From Takakia lepidozioides (lineage: Eukaryota > Plantae > Bryophyta): a stretch of 64,000 bases of DNA. Position numbers and translations under genes: made by a program. The notes beneath the pieces were generated by a model. The model saw only the letters and a program-made list of their open reading frames with translations. It was not told where the DNA came from and did no database searches. The stretch spans positions 29,388,001-29,452,000 of the forward strand of contig CM060732.1 in assembly GCA_030704615.1 (NCBI GenBank), written 5' to 3'. Each line of letters begins with the position of its first letter. The first letter of the stretch is position 1. Positions 11,559 through 25,246 of the stretch are shown in pieces.

Positions 11559-14500
11559 GCCGGTTTCCAGGCCTCCACGAAATCTCGTCTCCTTTTCAGA
11601 GACATGTTGTTGTTGTCGTTCAGAGGACGGAAAGCCTTCGCTGCAGCAGGGTGCAACATTCCAGCCGCACTTTTCGCCAGGATATCAACGAGCTGCCCTC
11701 TGCACATACAAAGAGCAGATCGGGCATGTGCCTCCAAGTATTTGTCATCACCTACAATGCAAAGTATGTCCACGAATTCTTGTTCCATCGAGGCTGAGAC
11801 CTCCAGAGGTGCCTCGTCGTAAGGGAAGTCGTCCAGAGGATGTATTTCCATGAACTGATTGGATTTGTCGTTGCCGCCGGCACCATTGCCCAAGAGCAAG
11901 TTAGGTAATCCTCCATGAATGGTTCCCAACGCCGTGCCACAAGCGCGCACAAGGAGGCCATCCTGCAGGTCAGGGTGAAGCATCTTCAGGACACGGACCT
12001 GATGCTTGCATAAGTTTCCCTTCATTGCCCATGGGCACGTGCAACAAGCCCAATCGCAATCAGGATTGTAAACAATGTATGTTGTGCCGGGGTGGTTGCT
12101 GCTGAGAATGTAGGCTGGTTCACCAGGACCCAAGGGAAGAGTAACACTCTCAGCAGGAATGTCTCGTGCCACAAATATAGAACTTGATATGTACTTTTCG
12201 TGTTTGTCATTTCTTATGAACCCGTGGGTCTTCAAATGGATTGCGTACTAGTAGTGTGTTAGTACACAGCCATTGAGTTCCCATATAAGCCAGTCCACTC
12301 TACGACCACTCATCTTGCATTTCCCCATGACAAGTCTTGCCTTCAGATTTCCATGGTATGCCTCAATGCTTGCGTTTGTGTCTTGGCTCGCATGAGGGAC
12401 ATGGCGGGCTGCTGTATACCACATTGCTATTTTGGGCTTCCAGTACTGTTCGATATAGTCAAGAAATTCATGTCCTTTCGGGTATTTTGACCTCATACGA
12501 CGGATTCTCCTTGCAACCCACCGAAGCGCTCTTTTCTCGTTGCGTGGTCCCCCTCTACAGTACATGAGGTCTCCCATATCCTTCAACAAGTTTACAACGG
12601 TCACCGGATCTTTCGTTTTCTTGCATGATTGCTTCACCCATGCCAAAGGCAGAGGAAAATGAGTACTCCTTCAAAAACAATTCTGCACAACACACATGGT
12701 ACACTTTAGAGTCTTGGGATCGGACTGCAATGGTGGACTGCCGGAGTGGACTGTAACAGCGACCTGTATCAGCGGGCAGAGCCACTGGACTCGCCCAGTG
12801 GACAGTACAATGCCATGACGTTGATGTGCTGGAATAACCCCATTGGACTACCCAGTGGACTTCCCCATTGGACTTCCCCTAGCTAAGACTGGGGCAGCGG
12901 ACTGCCACAGCGGACTGCCGAGCGGACTTGCCAGGGACTGCCGAGTGGACTTGGCAGCGGACGGCCGACCCCAGGGACTGCTGAGTGGACTTGCCAGCGG
13001 ACTGCCGAGTGGACTTGCCAGCGAACTGCCGAGCGGACTTGACAGCGGACTTGACAGAGGACTACCAGTGGATTTGCCCATCGAACTGCCATCGGGTTTC
13101 GCCATAGGAGTCTACCAGTGGACCGTAGCAATGGACTGCTGCAGTGGACCTTGACAATGGACCGGTGTTGTGGACCACCAGACTTACCGAATAGCGTTGA
13201 TTTCTGCTTCGGCATCGTCCACAATGAAGGCATTGGGTCGCCAGCTCGGCAAATCTGCGAGGAGTGAATCGCGCAAGGCTCTCATCCACGGAACCAGGTC
13301 TGTTGTCCGATTCCTCGCGGATAGGATATAGGCAACTGGTATACCGTTCAACCACTCGTCGAAGACCATCAACGTGTATAATAGGAACTGTTGGAATGCA
13401 CAATGTAAGATGGTCAGAGCATGCAAATTCTGCTCAGTTCTGCACGAGAAGACTTCATAAGAGTGATGAGGTCTGCAGCGGTTCACAATTGGTCTGCCCC
13501 TCGGTTTTCCGCAACGTACATATGAAAACATACAGAAAGGATCAGCACACCAAATTTTATGTGAATGTTGCATGGTACTATGCTATCATGCTCGTACAAA
13601 TCCATGGAATCGTTCGAATAGTACCTTGTCATGATTTGTCCCAAAGGTTGCATCACATGCAAAATGGTCATGTCCTAGTTCCAGCATTCGTCGTTTCTAC
13701 CACGGAGTCTGTATGCGAATAGTGAATGTCAAATCTCCATCAAAATGCTCGAATGTTGGCTCTAATTTCTCCTCTTGATAGAAAAAAACGGACGCACGAT
13801 TCTGGTCTCTCCACATGCGCACATTCTCCGCATCATCGGCGTGTTTTTTGAAGGTTTGCCACGCACGTTTCTTCGGCAAGGTTGCAAACATCTTGCTCCA
13901 ACAAGAAATCATCGCCCAAGCCGGTGTTGTTCATCACGTGCTCTTTATGCTCCATCATGATTTGGGCGACCGACAGGCCTCGGCACAAACACTCGACGAC
14001 CCAGGCTTTCAATTCCTCGCTAATGTGTGGTGCATAGGCGTGGCGGGTGTTCCTGAACTCTGCGGACTTCCCATGCGAGGGTTTCCCTTGCGCATCTGTA
14101 TGCTCCATGTTGTTGGAGTATGTGAGGACACAAATGTCAGGGGCGAGATAGCATTGCTGGACCTTGAAACAGCATTGGCAACCACGCTTGTAAAACTCTC
14201 CATACTCCGACTTCTTTCTCCTTGGACCTTTATGAGGGCAAGATGTTCCAGCACCCAGAAGAGGTCCTCCACGCTTCTGTTTTGGATCCTCCACTATTGC
14301 CTTGTTGGTGCGCTTATCAGCAGGACCGTAGCAGCATTGATATCTGGACAGAAAATTCTAAAATCGATATCCAACGACTTGATGAAGCATAAAATCAGAG
14401 AACTCGTGAAACAAAAAATGACAATAGACATTCAATGAAACGTCAAAAGGACTGAGGATGGTGCACACATAATACTGGACAGAAATGTGTTGGCTCTGGG

Positions 14501-14785
14501 TGCTTTTCGCGAGCCGGGTTCCATTTTAGAATGGACATTCACCCAAAACTGAGTGGGGTAGTCCTCCAAACTCTCCTCTCCCAGGACAAAGTCGCCAACT
14601 CTATGCCAAGGTATGCAGGCCTTTTCAACATTCACTCGCAAACCCATAAACCCATATTGCGTCTCACTCTTCCAACCCTTCCTGTTGAAGGGTCTTGGTT
14701 TTGCTGTTTGCAAACATTGTCGAAGAGGCCGTATAAGCGGGCTTTCCGTGATCAGTATATCATCAGGTTTTGCTTCCACGTCCAT
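11555..14785 (-). pseudogene. Multi-exon MULE transposase with SWIM zinc finger (disrupted)
   Basis: Motifs CDATFGTN, LYTLMVFDEWLNGIPVAYIL, FIVDDAEAEINAI, CLWH, TNASIEAYHGNLK and SWIM CTCPWAMKGNLCKH. Stops at 13697 and 12248 plus frameshifts. Confidence 0.88.
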
Positions 14786-17700
14786 GCCCTATACAGTACA
14801 AAGGATACGCTTCTGAACATGCAAGAAACGTGCCGCAGTACAGGACACGATCGACAACGTGCCAGGAGAACAGTGCGCACATTCGCAGCTGCTGGCAAGT
14901 GGCAGGCGGCAGGGATAAAGGTTTGAATTGCAGCCCTAAAAATGGAGGGCTCGGATGGGTTATGGGAATGGACGGTGGTGATCCTGCGCCGTCAGCAGAC
15001 TGGATGGCAGGGGACTGGCGGACTGGCAGACTGCTAGGCAGCGGATTGGCCAGCACCGGACTAGCGGGCAGACTGCTGGGTAGCAGACTGGCCAGCAGCA
15101 GACTGGCAGACTGGAGGGCAGCGGACGGGGGCGCGGGCGCGGTTGCTGCAGCCGCGCCCGCGGCTGGGCGACCGCGCGCAGCGGCGGGCGGGGCAGGCGG
15201 GGTGCTGGGGAGCCGGGCGTCCGTGCGCGGGGCCCACCGGCCACATCGCACGTGCCCATTGAAGACCCTATTATCTTAAAATGAGAGGCATTTTTCCTCC
15301 CTCAAGGGCCTGAATTGTGAGCAGTCGCTCCCAGGTTTCCTTTCTATGTAAAAAATTAAAAATAAAATAAAAGTATGGATTTACGGATTTATGGGCACCC
15401 CAGAAAAGATTAATTTTAGGCGCTCTCTGCCACGGGGCCTTTTTGATCGGCGATAGAATAGCAACTCCCCTTGCCATTGCGGTGTACTTTTGATGGGGTA
15501 TTCTTATGTTGAGCATGACGTACGTAGGGACATCGGTGTCTTACGTAGCGAATGAATCTACGAAATCATGACTTGCATCTATCATCATTCTTTGCTTGCC
15601 ATTATGATGTATTTCTGCTGCCAGGCTTGAATTGAACAAGATGCAAAATAGGAAAGAGAATAGCTTGCAACGTAGAAGAAAAAAAAGAGGGTCCCATCAG
15701 ACCTGCAAGTAATATCTTGCTCATTCTTTTATACTGTGTTTGCATGGCTCCCCAAGCCTTCACACTGGATGGAGGAATATAGCATGAGTTATCCTCGATA
15801 AACCTTTAGTAATGGGTCCATCTTTAGTTATTGAACCGTTCTAATACAAAATTCAAGCAATTTTGATTTTGTTACAATTGACTCAATACTGAGTATATCC
15901 AATCTTGTGGAATGTAATATAAATGTGAAATTGAGAAAGCATAGTTTGAGTCTTATATACTTTGGATCTCACAACAATAAAAAAAGAACATTTGTGCATG
16001 ATATCATTTAGTTTAGGGTACGTTCGTGAATTTGACACTGCCGGAACAGCATGTTGCGTAACACCATCATTGTTTCTCCTTAGCACTAACACCGACCCAA
16101 TCGACAAAGGATGTAGAGAGGGCCCATCAAACTCGATAGTGCGTACGATCTTGAGTTTGAATCCAAACACACTCAAGAGAGAAAACAGCAAAACGGTTCA
16201 TCGGCTCGGTGAGGTTCTCACTTGCTACGGTGTTTCCATTCCATTCTGTGTCCTCTTCTTGCTTAGGGTGAGTCTTTTCATAGGACTTCTATCTATCGCT
16301 CATTGTCCTTGCACCCTCGTTTCATTCTGCAACGATGGAGGATGCTTGTGAAAAGGATGGAGCGGACTGGGTGGATTTTGTGCACCAAACCAAACTGAAG
16401 AAGGAGCGAAGGTACTGGTACTCACCAGACGAGTTTGATCATAAAATAGTGGAAGCATTTGTAGACCTCCGCGCCCGGAAGCCCAAAAACTCGAATTGGC
16501 AGAAGGACAAGCTCGAAGTCATGGTGATCGATGTGTGGCAATCTCCCTCACTTGTCATATATGCTAATGGATGCAACTGCCAATGTGCATGCAAATGGCA
16601 TAGCCTTCTACTTGACTAGATATCTTTGATTTATGTTACACAACAACTCGGGATCCAAAATTTTATTTTATTTTTTCTTTGTAATTCCAACAGGACTCCC
16701 ATTTTTACTGCATACACACACATAACTAGGAATATTGTTCGAGAAGGACTTCTAACAAGTGAGGAAATACGTAATAGTACAGTTAGTCACCTTGATGCAC
16801 TAACTTAAAGCGCATAAAGTTCTTCATTCTCTTCAGCTTCTCTAACTTACCCACACCCACTCTCTCTTCATTGACAAGTCCTTTGGTCTCGTTCTAGACT
16901 CCACCACCCCCAACTAATTCATCACGGATCGCCACAACCAGGCTCAAGATGATGAATTCAGCAGAATCAATGCAGTCCCCTCTCATGGAGTCTCAATGAT
17001 AGGCTTACAAATTGTACTACCGCAAGTATAGAGGGTGGAGGTCAGATTTAGTACATGCAATCAGGTCTACACGATGCACTAACGTAAGCACAGGGCCCAT
17101 AGGGAGGAGTTGAGAGAAAGATCAGGCAAATACAAAAGCAGAATTGGGAGCTAGCATCCACATAAAGGATGAAGCTTCCACAGAATAAGGCCTCCTTTCC
17201 CTTACAGATCAGTTCTATTTATAAGCCTGGAGGAGAGCAGCGAGAGCCTCCACGAGCACCAGCGGAAACCAATTGTCCTCCGATTGTCTCTGGAAGAAGC
17301 CTGCAAGTGCGAAAAAACAAACCGTAAAATATTTGTGATAAATACCAACATTCCTTGTGTTGTACAGCAACAAAGTTACCCCTATGATCTGTGATAAGAC
17401 CACCCTAGGAAGTAAGAGGAGTACTGCTAGCTAGCTAAGAGATAGAAAGGAATTGTCAAAGAAGACTCTAATTCTCTCACATGAGACATCCAGGTGATTA
17501 CTAAATATTCTGCATATTTGAAACAAATCTCTGTATAGAAAGATAAGGTGTCCAACCACACTATCATTAGCTCGTCCTATTCCTTGTTTGATATTAAGTA
17601 ACTGTAAAACCACTCAAATGGAGATAGGGAACAGAGGTGTCTAAAGCCTAGGGAAGACATCTGATGGCGATAGAATAGTTAGAGGTCCATGCATAATAGT

Positions 17701-18151
17701 TTTCACGCCTCCATGATTTCTTGCTCCTTCCAGAGGACTTGAATGGAATCAATTTAAAGCGTTAAAAGTTGCAATGGAACATATTTAATAGGGTTTCAGT
17801 ACAATCCTTTAGTAGATGCATGGAGGTTGCATGTAGTCACTCCACAGATACAAAGACAGAAAGCTTGGGCCCTTCCCCCAATTTGAGGTGGGCCCCGTAT
17901 GGTTTATTCCAACAATATTTACAAATGTAATAAATTCATCTTGCTCTACTCTCAAATCAAGTCCAGAATCCTTTGGACAAGGTCTTCAGTCTACAAGAAT
18001 CAACTCATGCTGAGAATGACGCAGCATGGAGAATATGCAACCAACCATCACATGCAAGCCATGCACACAGACACTGAAGGAATGGCATGGTTAGCTACCA
18101 AACACACAATGTGTGCGTTTTCTGTCTCCATGCGCCAATGGAGAGGGAATA

Positions 18152-21100
18152 TTACAGCTTCTGCAACACTGTGGAATTAAACTTTATTTTTAGAACTCCT
18201 TCATGCACTACATTTGTTATGAATTCTGCCCCAATCAGGGAGCCTCTCTTGACAAACATGGCTGGGTATCCAAGTGGGGACTGGATCAAGGCTCTGTGAC
18301 CAGCCGGGGTTGCCGCTCTATACATAATCCCTGTCCATACATGCTCCCATGTGTCCCCAGGGGGAAAGTAAGCTTGCACCCTTGAGTGCCCTTTATTGAG
18401 TACAGGGACCACGAGTATCTCACATCCAACCAGGAATTGCTGGTAAGTGATGCCTTGCACCTGCTTGTCATTTGCATAGTGCAAAAACAGATGCCTCTAC
18501 TGGCATCCCGGTTTTTGCTGCCTTCTGCAGTTTACCCATGAATCCATACAGACCACCAGTGAGCATCAAAATGACTCTCTTCTGCTAAGCAAAACTTAAG
18601 CCCAGCTCTAGCAACCCTTTCACTTCAACTGAAAATTGTAAGATCTGTGAAGTCTGCATCAATGTCTTCCTCCAGGAAAAGTCTCTTTGATACAATACCG
18701 TTCTCTATTGAACTGTCATAAAGTGAAAGCATAATTACCTTGACGAGCTGGCGACGGTAAAACTCCCAAGCTTTGTACATCTTTGCACATCGAGCGAATT
18801 GCATTAAGGTTCTCTCATTTGAGTAGAACTGTGAGTTGGCGGCTGGCACATTTCCCTGCTCCAAAAGTTTGTGCAGCGTACCAACATATATACGAGATTA
18901 GTGTAAACTGTAACCATACCACAAAGAATTTCATTCGTCTATGGGACCTAGCATTGAAAACAGACAATCATGGACACACATTCCAAGGTGGCACTGTCCG
19001 TGCCATGCTTCCTGATGTACCCACAGCATGCCTCACTTGCCAAGTAGACAAACTACAGCTACACTCTGAGGACGAAAGACAGATCAAACATAAAGTAGCC
19101 TGCAGCCAACAGCAAAAGTCACCATTTACTCTTAAAGTAGTACAGTCTACTAGCTTTGGACTAATTATGCATGGTGGCCACCCCAGACAGGGGAAGTACC
19201 CTAGCTTGCTACAAGGCTACAACAAACAACATCTTATCTCTCTACATGGCCATCTACAAATTGATTTTGCTGATTGTTTGTAGTGGGAAAAGTCACCTCG
19301 TGAGTTCTAAATATGGTTGTAAAAGCATTCAGCTCCATCCATCGCATCAGAAGCTCCTCGCTCCGACGGTATTTGAAGAAGGGCAAATTGACAGTGCAGT
19401 AGCCACCAATATCACTGTGATTGAAAGAATAGCCACTAAGACCACTAGTCAGCAGCCCTGTCACAGCACTCTTTATTCCATCATGCCGCTGCCAGCTCAC
19501 CATCTGGTCACCTGCCCAAAATAACTGCTGTAGCGTGGGCTTCCCCTGTATCCAGCCCGCATGAAGAAAACTAGCTTGTCCTCATCTTTCTCATCTCCTT
19601 GACATTGGCTTTCTTCCAACTTGCACTGTATTGATGTTAGCTTACTTTTCCTCAGCTCTTCTTGCTCCTTCTCCCACTCTTCTACAAACTCTCTGTTTAG
19701 CTCTGCTCACATCTCAGGGTACTTGTTGTGAGCTGTGGCAGGGTCTTCACCTGCAGGATAACATCTCCACACAAATTGAGTGATCAGGCGATGGATACCT
19801 ACACATGAAAATCAGATTGTTGATGAAAAGTAATAAGGGAATTCAATGTTGCACAGCAGAAGGACAAAAAATTTAGTGACGTTGTCGCCGCATCAGATTG
19901 TTCAGACAACCACATTCTGGAAGATATACAATGGCCAAGGGGTGGATTTGCACAGTAACAAACATGCAATTATGCTTGTTGCGACTTAGTGTAGCATGGT
20001 CTGACTTACAAGGTTACTGCTAGGAGGCACCCTACCTGAGAAGAGCAAGGAGTCAAAAGGCAAGGACTCTCCAAAGTCAGCCATCCAACCACAGACACCA
20101 GTCTGAACCATGTTGTGCATGATATCTTTGAGCCATTTGCGGGCTGCAGGGTTGGTCAGGTCCACCATGGCAGCATCAAAGCTAGTGTTTGGAATCATAT
20201 ATGGAGCTCCAAGTTATCTCCAATCAGAAAACTTCCTTTTTTGGCCTCATCAAGAAAATTCCTTCTTGAATTGGGTTTCTCATCTGTCTGTCAACCAAAA
20301 CAGAAAACTCAGTCCCAGTGCAAATCTCCGTCCTGGCAAGGGCCCCTGCATTTAAATGGAACCTCTTATGGAACTGTAATGGCATCCAGATTAGACTGGT
20401 AAGTGCATATTGATAGTAACCCTCAAAACGCGATTTACTGTGAGCGTGGTTCCATTAGCAGCAACCACAATGTCAGGATGGCCTCTGCAAGGGGTTATAT
20501 CTCTTTCAAGGTGTATGATTTCTGTTACTGTGGGACAGCACCTGCACCAGGACACAACCAATGAAGCTCGTAAGTGTCAAGTCCTTCCTTCACCTTGCTG
20601 GTAAATCTGGACTCCTCTTCTATGCAAGTTATGAAAGGATTGCAATAAGTCATAGTCTGAATGCCATGTGAACGTAAATCACGAACTAGTTTTTCCCAAT
20701 TTGGATAGTGGTCTTCATCCACTTCCCAGTTCCACCATAACTGCCACCCTATGCTTGTCTTCCTCTGCCCTACCCAGTCCTGAAACAAACAACTCCCAAC
20801 ATAACTTGTTAAAACCACTATGATGGTGCTCTTGATGGTAAAAGTGAGCTTGTCCTTACAGAGAGGGATCTTTCTTAGTATTTTTCAGGGCAAGGTGTCT
20901 GCTGGGCTTTCCTACCATGAAAGACGGTGGGGTGTTGGTTGCAGAGAGAGACAGATGATCTCACAAACAATGCTAGTCCATTCAACAATGTGGAATTAGA
21001 CAACTGCAAAGAAAGCTTGAAAGCTAGAGTCGTAATGAGAAGTAGAAAGACATACAGCTAGAAACATAATGACACAAGCCTGGAGGTTTTCTGAAGGAAT

Positions 21101-23733
21101 GGCTTGGGGTGCTTGCATCAATTCAATTTGATTAAATCAGTCACAAATCATCAAACATAATCTTGAGAAGGTCATGGAAGTGCCTGCAATGAGAAAAGTG
21201 CATGTCACACTCACTTGGAGCCAGAATGCAGAGACAGGCACATCAAAGTCTTGGAGCTGCTGCCAAACTTTGCGCACGGCATCCAAACCCCTTTGCATAC
21301 CCACAATAGCACCTTTGGTGATCCACTGAGGAAGTTAGCACATGCGACCCGTGGCTGCTGTGTAGTGCTCAATAAGCTCTGCAGGTGTACGCCCATGCAG
21401 TATTCGCCTCTGTATGCAACTTGCATGGACCTGGGGCACCCAATCGGTGTCACTATCATTCTACCATAGCCCCAACCTAAGAGCATACCTCTGGATTCCC
21501 TAATGATAGAATACTGGGATTTTGTGTGCCAAGGTGTTTTTCCTTTTGAGAAATGGTTGCTGAGACTGTTATTCATATATTCCATGGGAAGCCAACTATG
21601 GTATACACACTCCACCATCACCCTCCTCCAGGAAAATAGAATTCACGGCCCAGAGCAAACCTTGACCCTTTACTCCCAACATGCAAGTTTGCTTTAAGTA
21701 TTGCTCAAAATCACACGTGCATGTAACACTTCCGCAATAACCCATCTATCGGGACAATTTCAAGAACATACACGAGAAAGAGAAGGAAATTACTCACTTG
21801 CACTTGGACGCGGTCATGGCGAGTGAGATCAAAAACCGAATGCTCGTAGCCCTCCAGGTAGAGGGAGTGCATGTCTGAAGTCATGTAGTATGGAGCGGGT
21901 GCATATGTCGTATGCCAATCTCCTCCTGCCCTGTCGCATCCACCAGTTGCGCCAATCCCAGTTCAAGCACATTCCAAACATCGTCGTCTTCATTCACACT
22001 CCCACCTAACTTGCAGCCAAGTGGTCAACTCTAGAGCTCACCAAAGTAGCATAGGTACTGACCAATGTGTTTAGTACATCCAAGCTTTGCAAATAATGTA
22101 CCGATTTGGTAAAATTCAGTTTAGCTTGTAACCCGATAATCTCGGTCAAGGTAAATGGAAGCCCAAGATCACTGCAAATTCACAGTATTGTCTTAACCAG
22201 TGGGCTATGCGGTTCCAACTAAGATACTGTGGCTTGAAAATTTAAGCAGCAAGAAGAACTTTTTGAGTGCATGCATTGCTGCGGAGACGATACGTTCATA
22301 TATGTTAGCAGGCATGGAGATAGCCCGCGCATGAGAATAAATGGTGGTTTTAAGGCATGATCAAGCACGGCGAAAGGAGTTGATTGCGGTACCTGTGGGC
22401 TACCAGATTGGCAGCAGCAGTGATGGGTTCGTCCCTTCTTCCCAAGCCCTGTTCCTGGACCATGATGGGCACTCTTCCTCCCTTCATGTCGAAGTAGGAG
22501 AACTGTTCACCAAAACCATAGAATCTCTCCCCTTTGTTTGATAAATAGGTGAGCTGAATTCGGTTGAATTGGGGCAATTGAACGCCGCTTTGATCCCTAA
22601 CAAGCCTCATAATGTTGGAAACTCTGCCCGGACTCCTCAAGTTTTTCAAGCATTTCCGCACTCTTGTTAGACTTGACTGTCCTCCTCTCACTAAACACCT
22701 CTCCTCCACTATTCCGACCTCGTTCACTGATCTCCTCCATTTCCGCAAATCACTGTAAGTTGTCAATGGAGCACAAGCGGAGAAGGGTTCATTCGACCAA
22801 ACCCACTGCAGACGTTCAGGAATATCATACAAAGGGCTTTCCGAGTGCTTGTCCAATCTGTCGCAATCAACCTCGTGCCTTCCACCTTCACCGAAGATAA
22901 TGTCAGGATGATTCAGTGATTTGTTTCCCCAAAAATGTCGTGTAATATAATCTTCAAGAGTGACGGGTAAATCCAACCATATCTGACAGCCAAGATGGTG
23001 GTCTCTTCTCTCTGCATTAGACAATAACGCACACCCACGCTTCGCAGATTTTCGGGAGCGCTAAAGAAGACCGAGTTTTTTGGGCTATACTTCTGTAAAA
23101 TGGTCCGCTCTCAGAACCTATGCCTTGGCTGTGACCAGCTGCGAGTTGCTCTTGGGCTAGCTTGGCATCAGTGTATAAGCAACCTTTGACAAGTACAGTG
23201 GGTCCATTTGCTGCTGTGGTGGTATCATCAGCGTCGGTGGAATCGCAAGGCAACAGGTACACTTCCCCGGCTTGAGGACACCACTCTTCTCTGAAATTTT
23301 TCCGCAACAGTTGCAGCCATTGTTCCTCCTGACTTTCTCCGAGTCTCTCGGCTGATCAGCTAGAAAATCTCTGGTTGTTCCTCGTTTGTTGATCCCATCA
23401 GCATCAAGACCGGTATAACAAGAGGGGCAGGAGGAGGCAGGCTGGAAAGAGTGTTCGGGGCTCCATTTTCCTGGCTGTTCAACCGTTTGGTGATTGCAAA
23501 CAATGTCAAATCTGGTCATGAAGAGCATATGATCCCCTACTCTCTTCTATCCTCTCGTTACCTAGTGCGGCAGACACGAACCCCGCGAAGCTGTAGACCA
23601 AAGAGGTCTGTCAGGTTCACTCTGACGAATAACCGAAAGAGAACCCCCTCTCTCAGCCTGCCACTGAACTGTGAACCCGCGGCCAGCTGCAAAGCTTTCA
23701 GAAGGTAAGGTAGAAACACCTAAAATGGATCAT
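18152..23733 (-). pseudogene. Glycoside hydrolase family 31, YihQ/sulfoquinovosidase-like alpha-glucosidase, multi-exon pseudogene
   Basis: Motifs ERFYGFGEQFS, VQEQGLGR, QDWVGQRKTSIGWQLWWNW, catalytic GWMADFGE, WAGDQ, HSDIGGY, FRTHE, QQFLVG. Lesions: TGA at 19707-19709 (Trp), frameshifts near 19522 and 18497, TAA near 21336. 5' end approximate. Confidence 0.85.
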
Positions 23734-25246
23734 TTAAGAAATGTCTGCAGTTTCAGGTGTGCAGTGTCGTCGTATATATTTTTCTGATGTGGGCACATAG
23801 AAATGAAATTTAATATAAAAAAAAACCGAATTATTTTGTAATATTGGTGAATATTCAATGTGAAATCATGGAATAACCTTGAATGGACCAGTAGGGGGTA
23901 CTATTTTGAACAGCAAGTACACTTTGTGTGGAGCCAAAGGTGCCCAAAAAGTGTGCATCCTCTTTCACTTTAGTGATTAAACAACATAATAACATGGACC
24001 ATGTCAGTCAATTAACATAACCATTTATTGACCTTAAAGTAACCTCCCACCTTAAGGAAAACGGAGCTCAAGGTCCATTTGGATTAAACTAAATCATGAT
24101 CGTTGATCTAGGTGAAACTCAATTGGGATCGTTGATCACGGAATGTGATCCCCTCTCCTACATGTTAAGATTCATTCTTCATGTCTCAACTTGATAATGC
24201 TCTCAAAGTGCGCGCCAGTGGTTATTAACTTGTCCATTAAGTGGTGTCATCATGAGCATGTATGAGTTAAAAGGGTTCATTGGAGTTTCATTGGGGCCCA
24301 CCACATGACCTAATTTGGACCACTTGTGATCAAAGCACCTTTTAAAGATGGCATATGGTTAGTTTTATGTATTTTTCTAGGGGTCCGTTTTGGGTACCCG
24401 CTCCATTTTAGGTGTTTCTACCTTAAGGCTAGTGCATCGAACCCCTTCACAAACCCCAAAGTACAAGGTTGCTTTGGGAAAGGGTTATTTATGTGCCGCT
24501 GGAGGCCCTTTCGGCCTCTCTCCATATTGAGGCCGATTGTTGTATCCCGCGTAATTGAGCCCTCATAAACACTACAACTTCAGCTTAAACCTTAAAAGGA
24601 AGTCTTGGCAATACTTGTCAGGCGGCCAAGCCATCGCCCTCAACGATGACCATCAGATTATGGACGTGCTTAAGCGCTTACTCCCCTGGTTTTTCTTGGG
24701 AGGACGAAACTAACAGATTTGCTCAAGCAACTCAAATTCCACTTGATTTCATTGTGTGTTGGGTTGCTCTTTGTGGCCCCATTATTGTGTTGCACTGGTA
24801 GATGAGATTCACGACAGTCAGCATGAGAGTCAGCCCATCTAGTCGCACTCTTCCAGCAGGCCTGAATCGATAGTGGTGCTTCCTACACCTTCGCACTTTG
24901 TATGAAGAACTTACGATGTGCAGGATACTCAATCCTTCACCACCCATATATATCTGCAATCTACTTAAGGGGCGTGCACACTTCCATCTACCTGGAGGGG
25001 GTGTGCACTCTTCAAAACTAGGGGTGCACGCACTGAACTCCTCCAATCCTCTCCAAGAGACAGAGAGAGTTTCAACTAAGTTGAAACCGAAAACGAGAAA
25101 CCGTTTCCCATTTCACAGATGCAATGCACCTTTTCTGTATCCAAGCGACCACAAAAACAAAACTAGACAACCAGATCAAGTAAGAGCTCTAGAGCTGTGG
25201 ACATCCGTATATCTAGATAACTCCTGGAGGAAGGAGGCACTCACAT

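Larger units (their letters stand above)
7941..15289 (-). mobile_element. Complete Mutator-like element (MULE), 7349 bp
   Basis: TIRs 7941-8255 and 14928-15289 (GCCTCTCAxTTTAAGATAATAGGGTCTTCAATGGGCACG...). 9-bp TSD ATTTTTCCC (7932-7940) / ATTTTTCCT (15290-15298). Internal MULE transposase. Confidence 0.93.

Noticed and set aside
12843-13233. ORFs with SGLPSGLA / SPLGSPL repeats
   Set aside because: Translation artefacts of the GGACT motif array inside the transposase intron.
14763-15279. Pro/Ala/Arg-rich ORFs on both strands
   Set aside because: They lie in the GC-rich TIR, are mirrored at 7941-8255, and are open because of base composition.
16335-16619. Protein-like 94-aa ORF
   Set aside because: No recognisable motif or gene context; cannot be assigned.
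23900-25240. Possible older LTR element hosting the chromovirus
   Set aside because: A purine tract near 24040-24056 is suggestive, but no paired LTR or coding motif was found.
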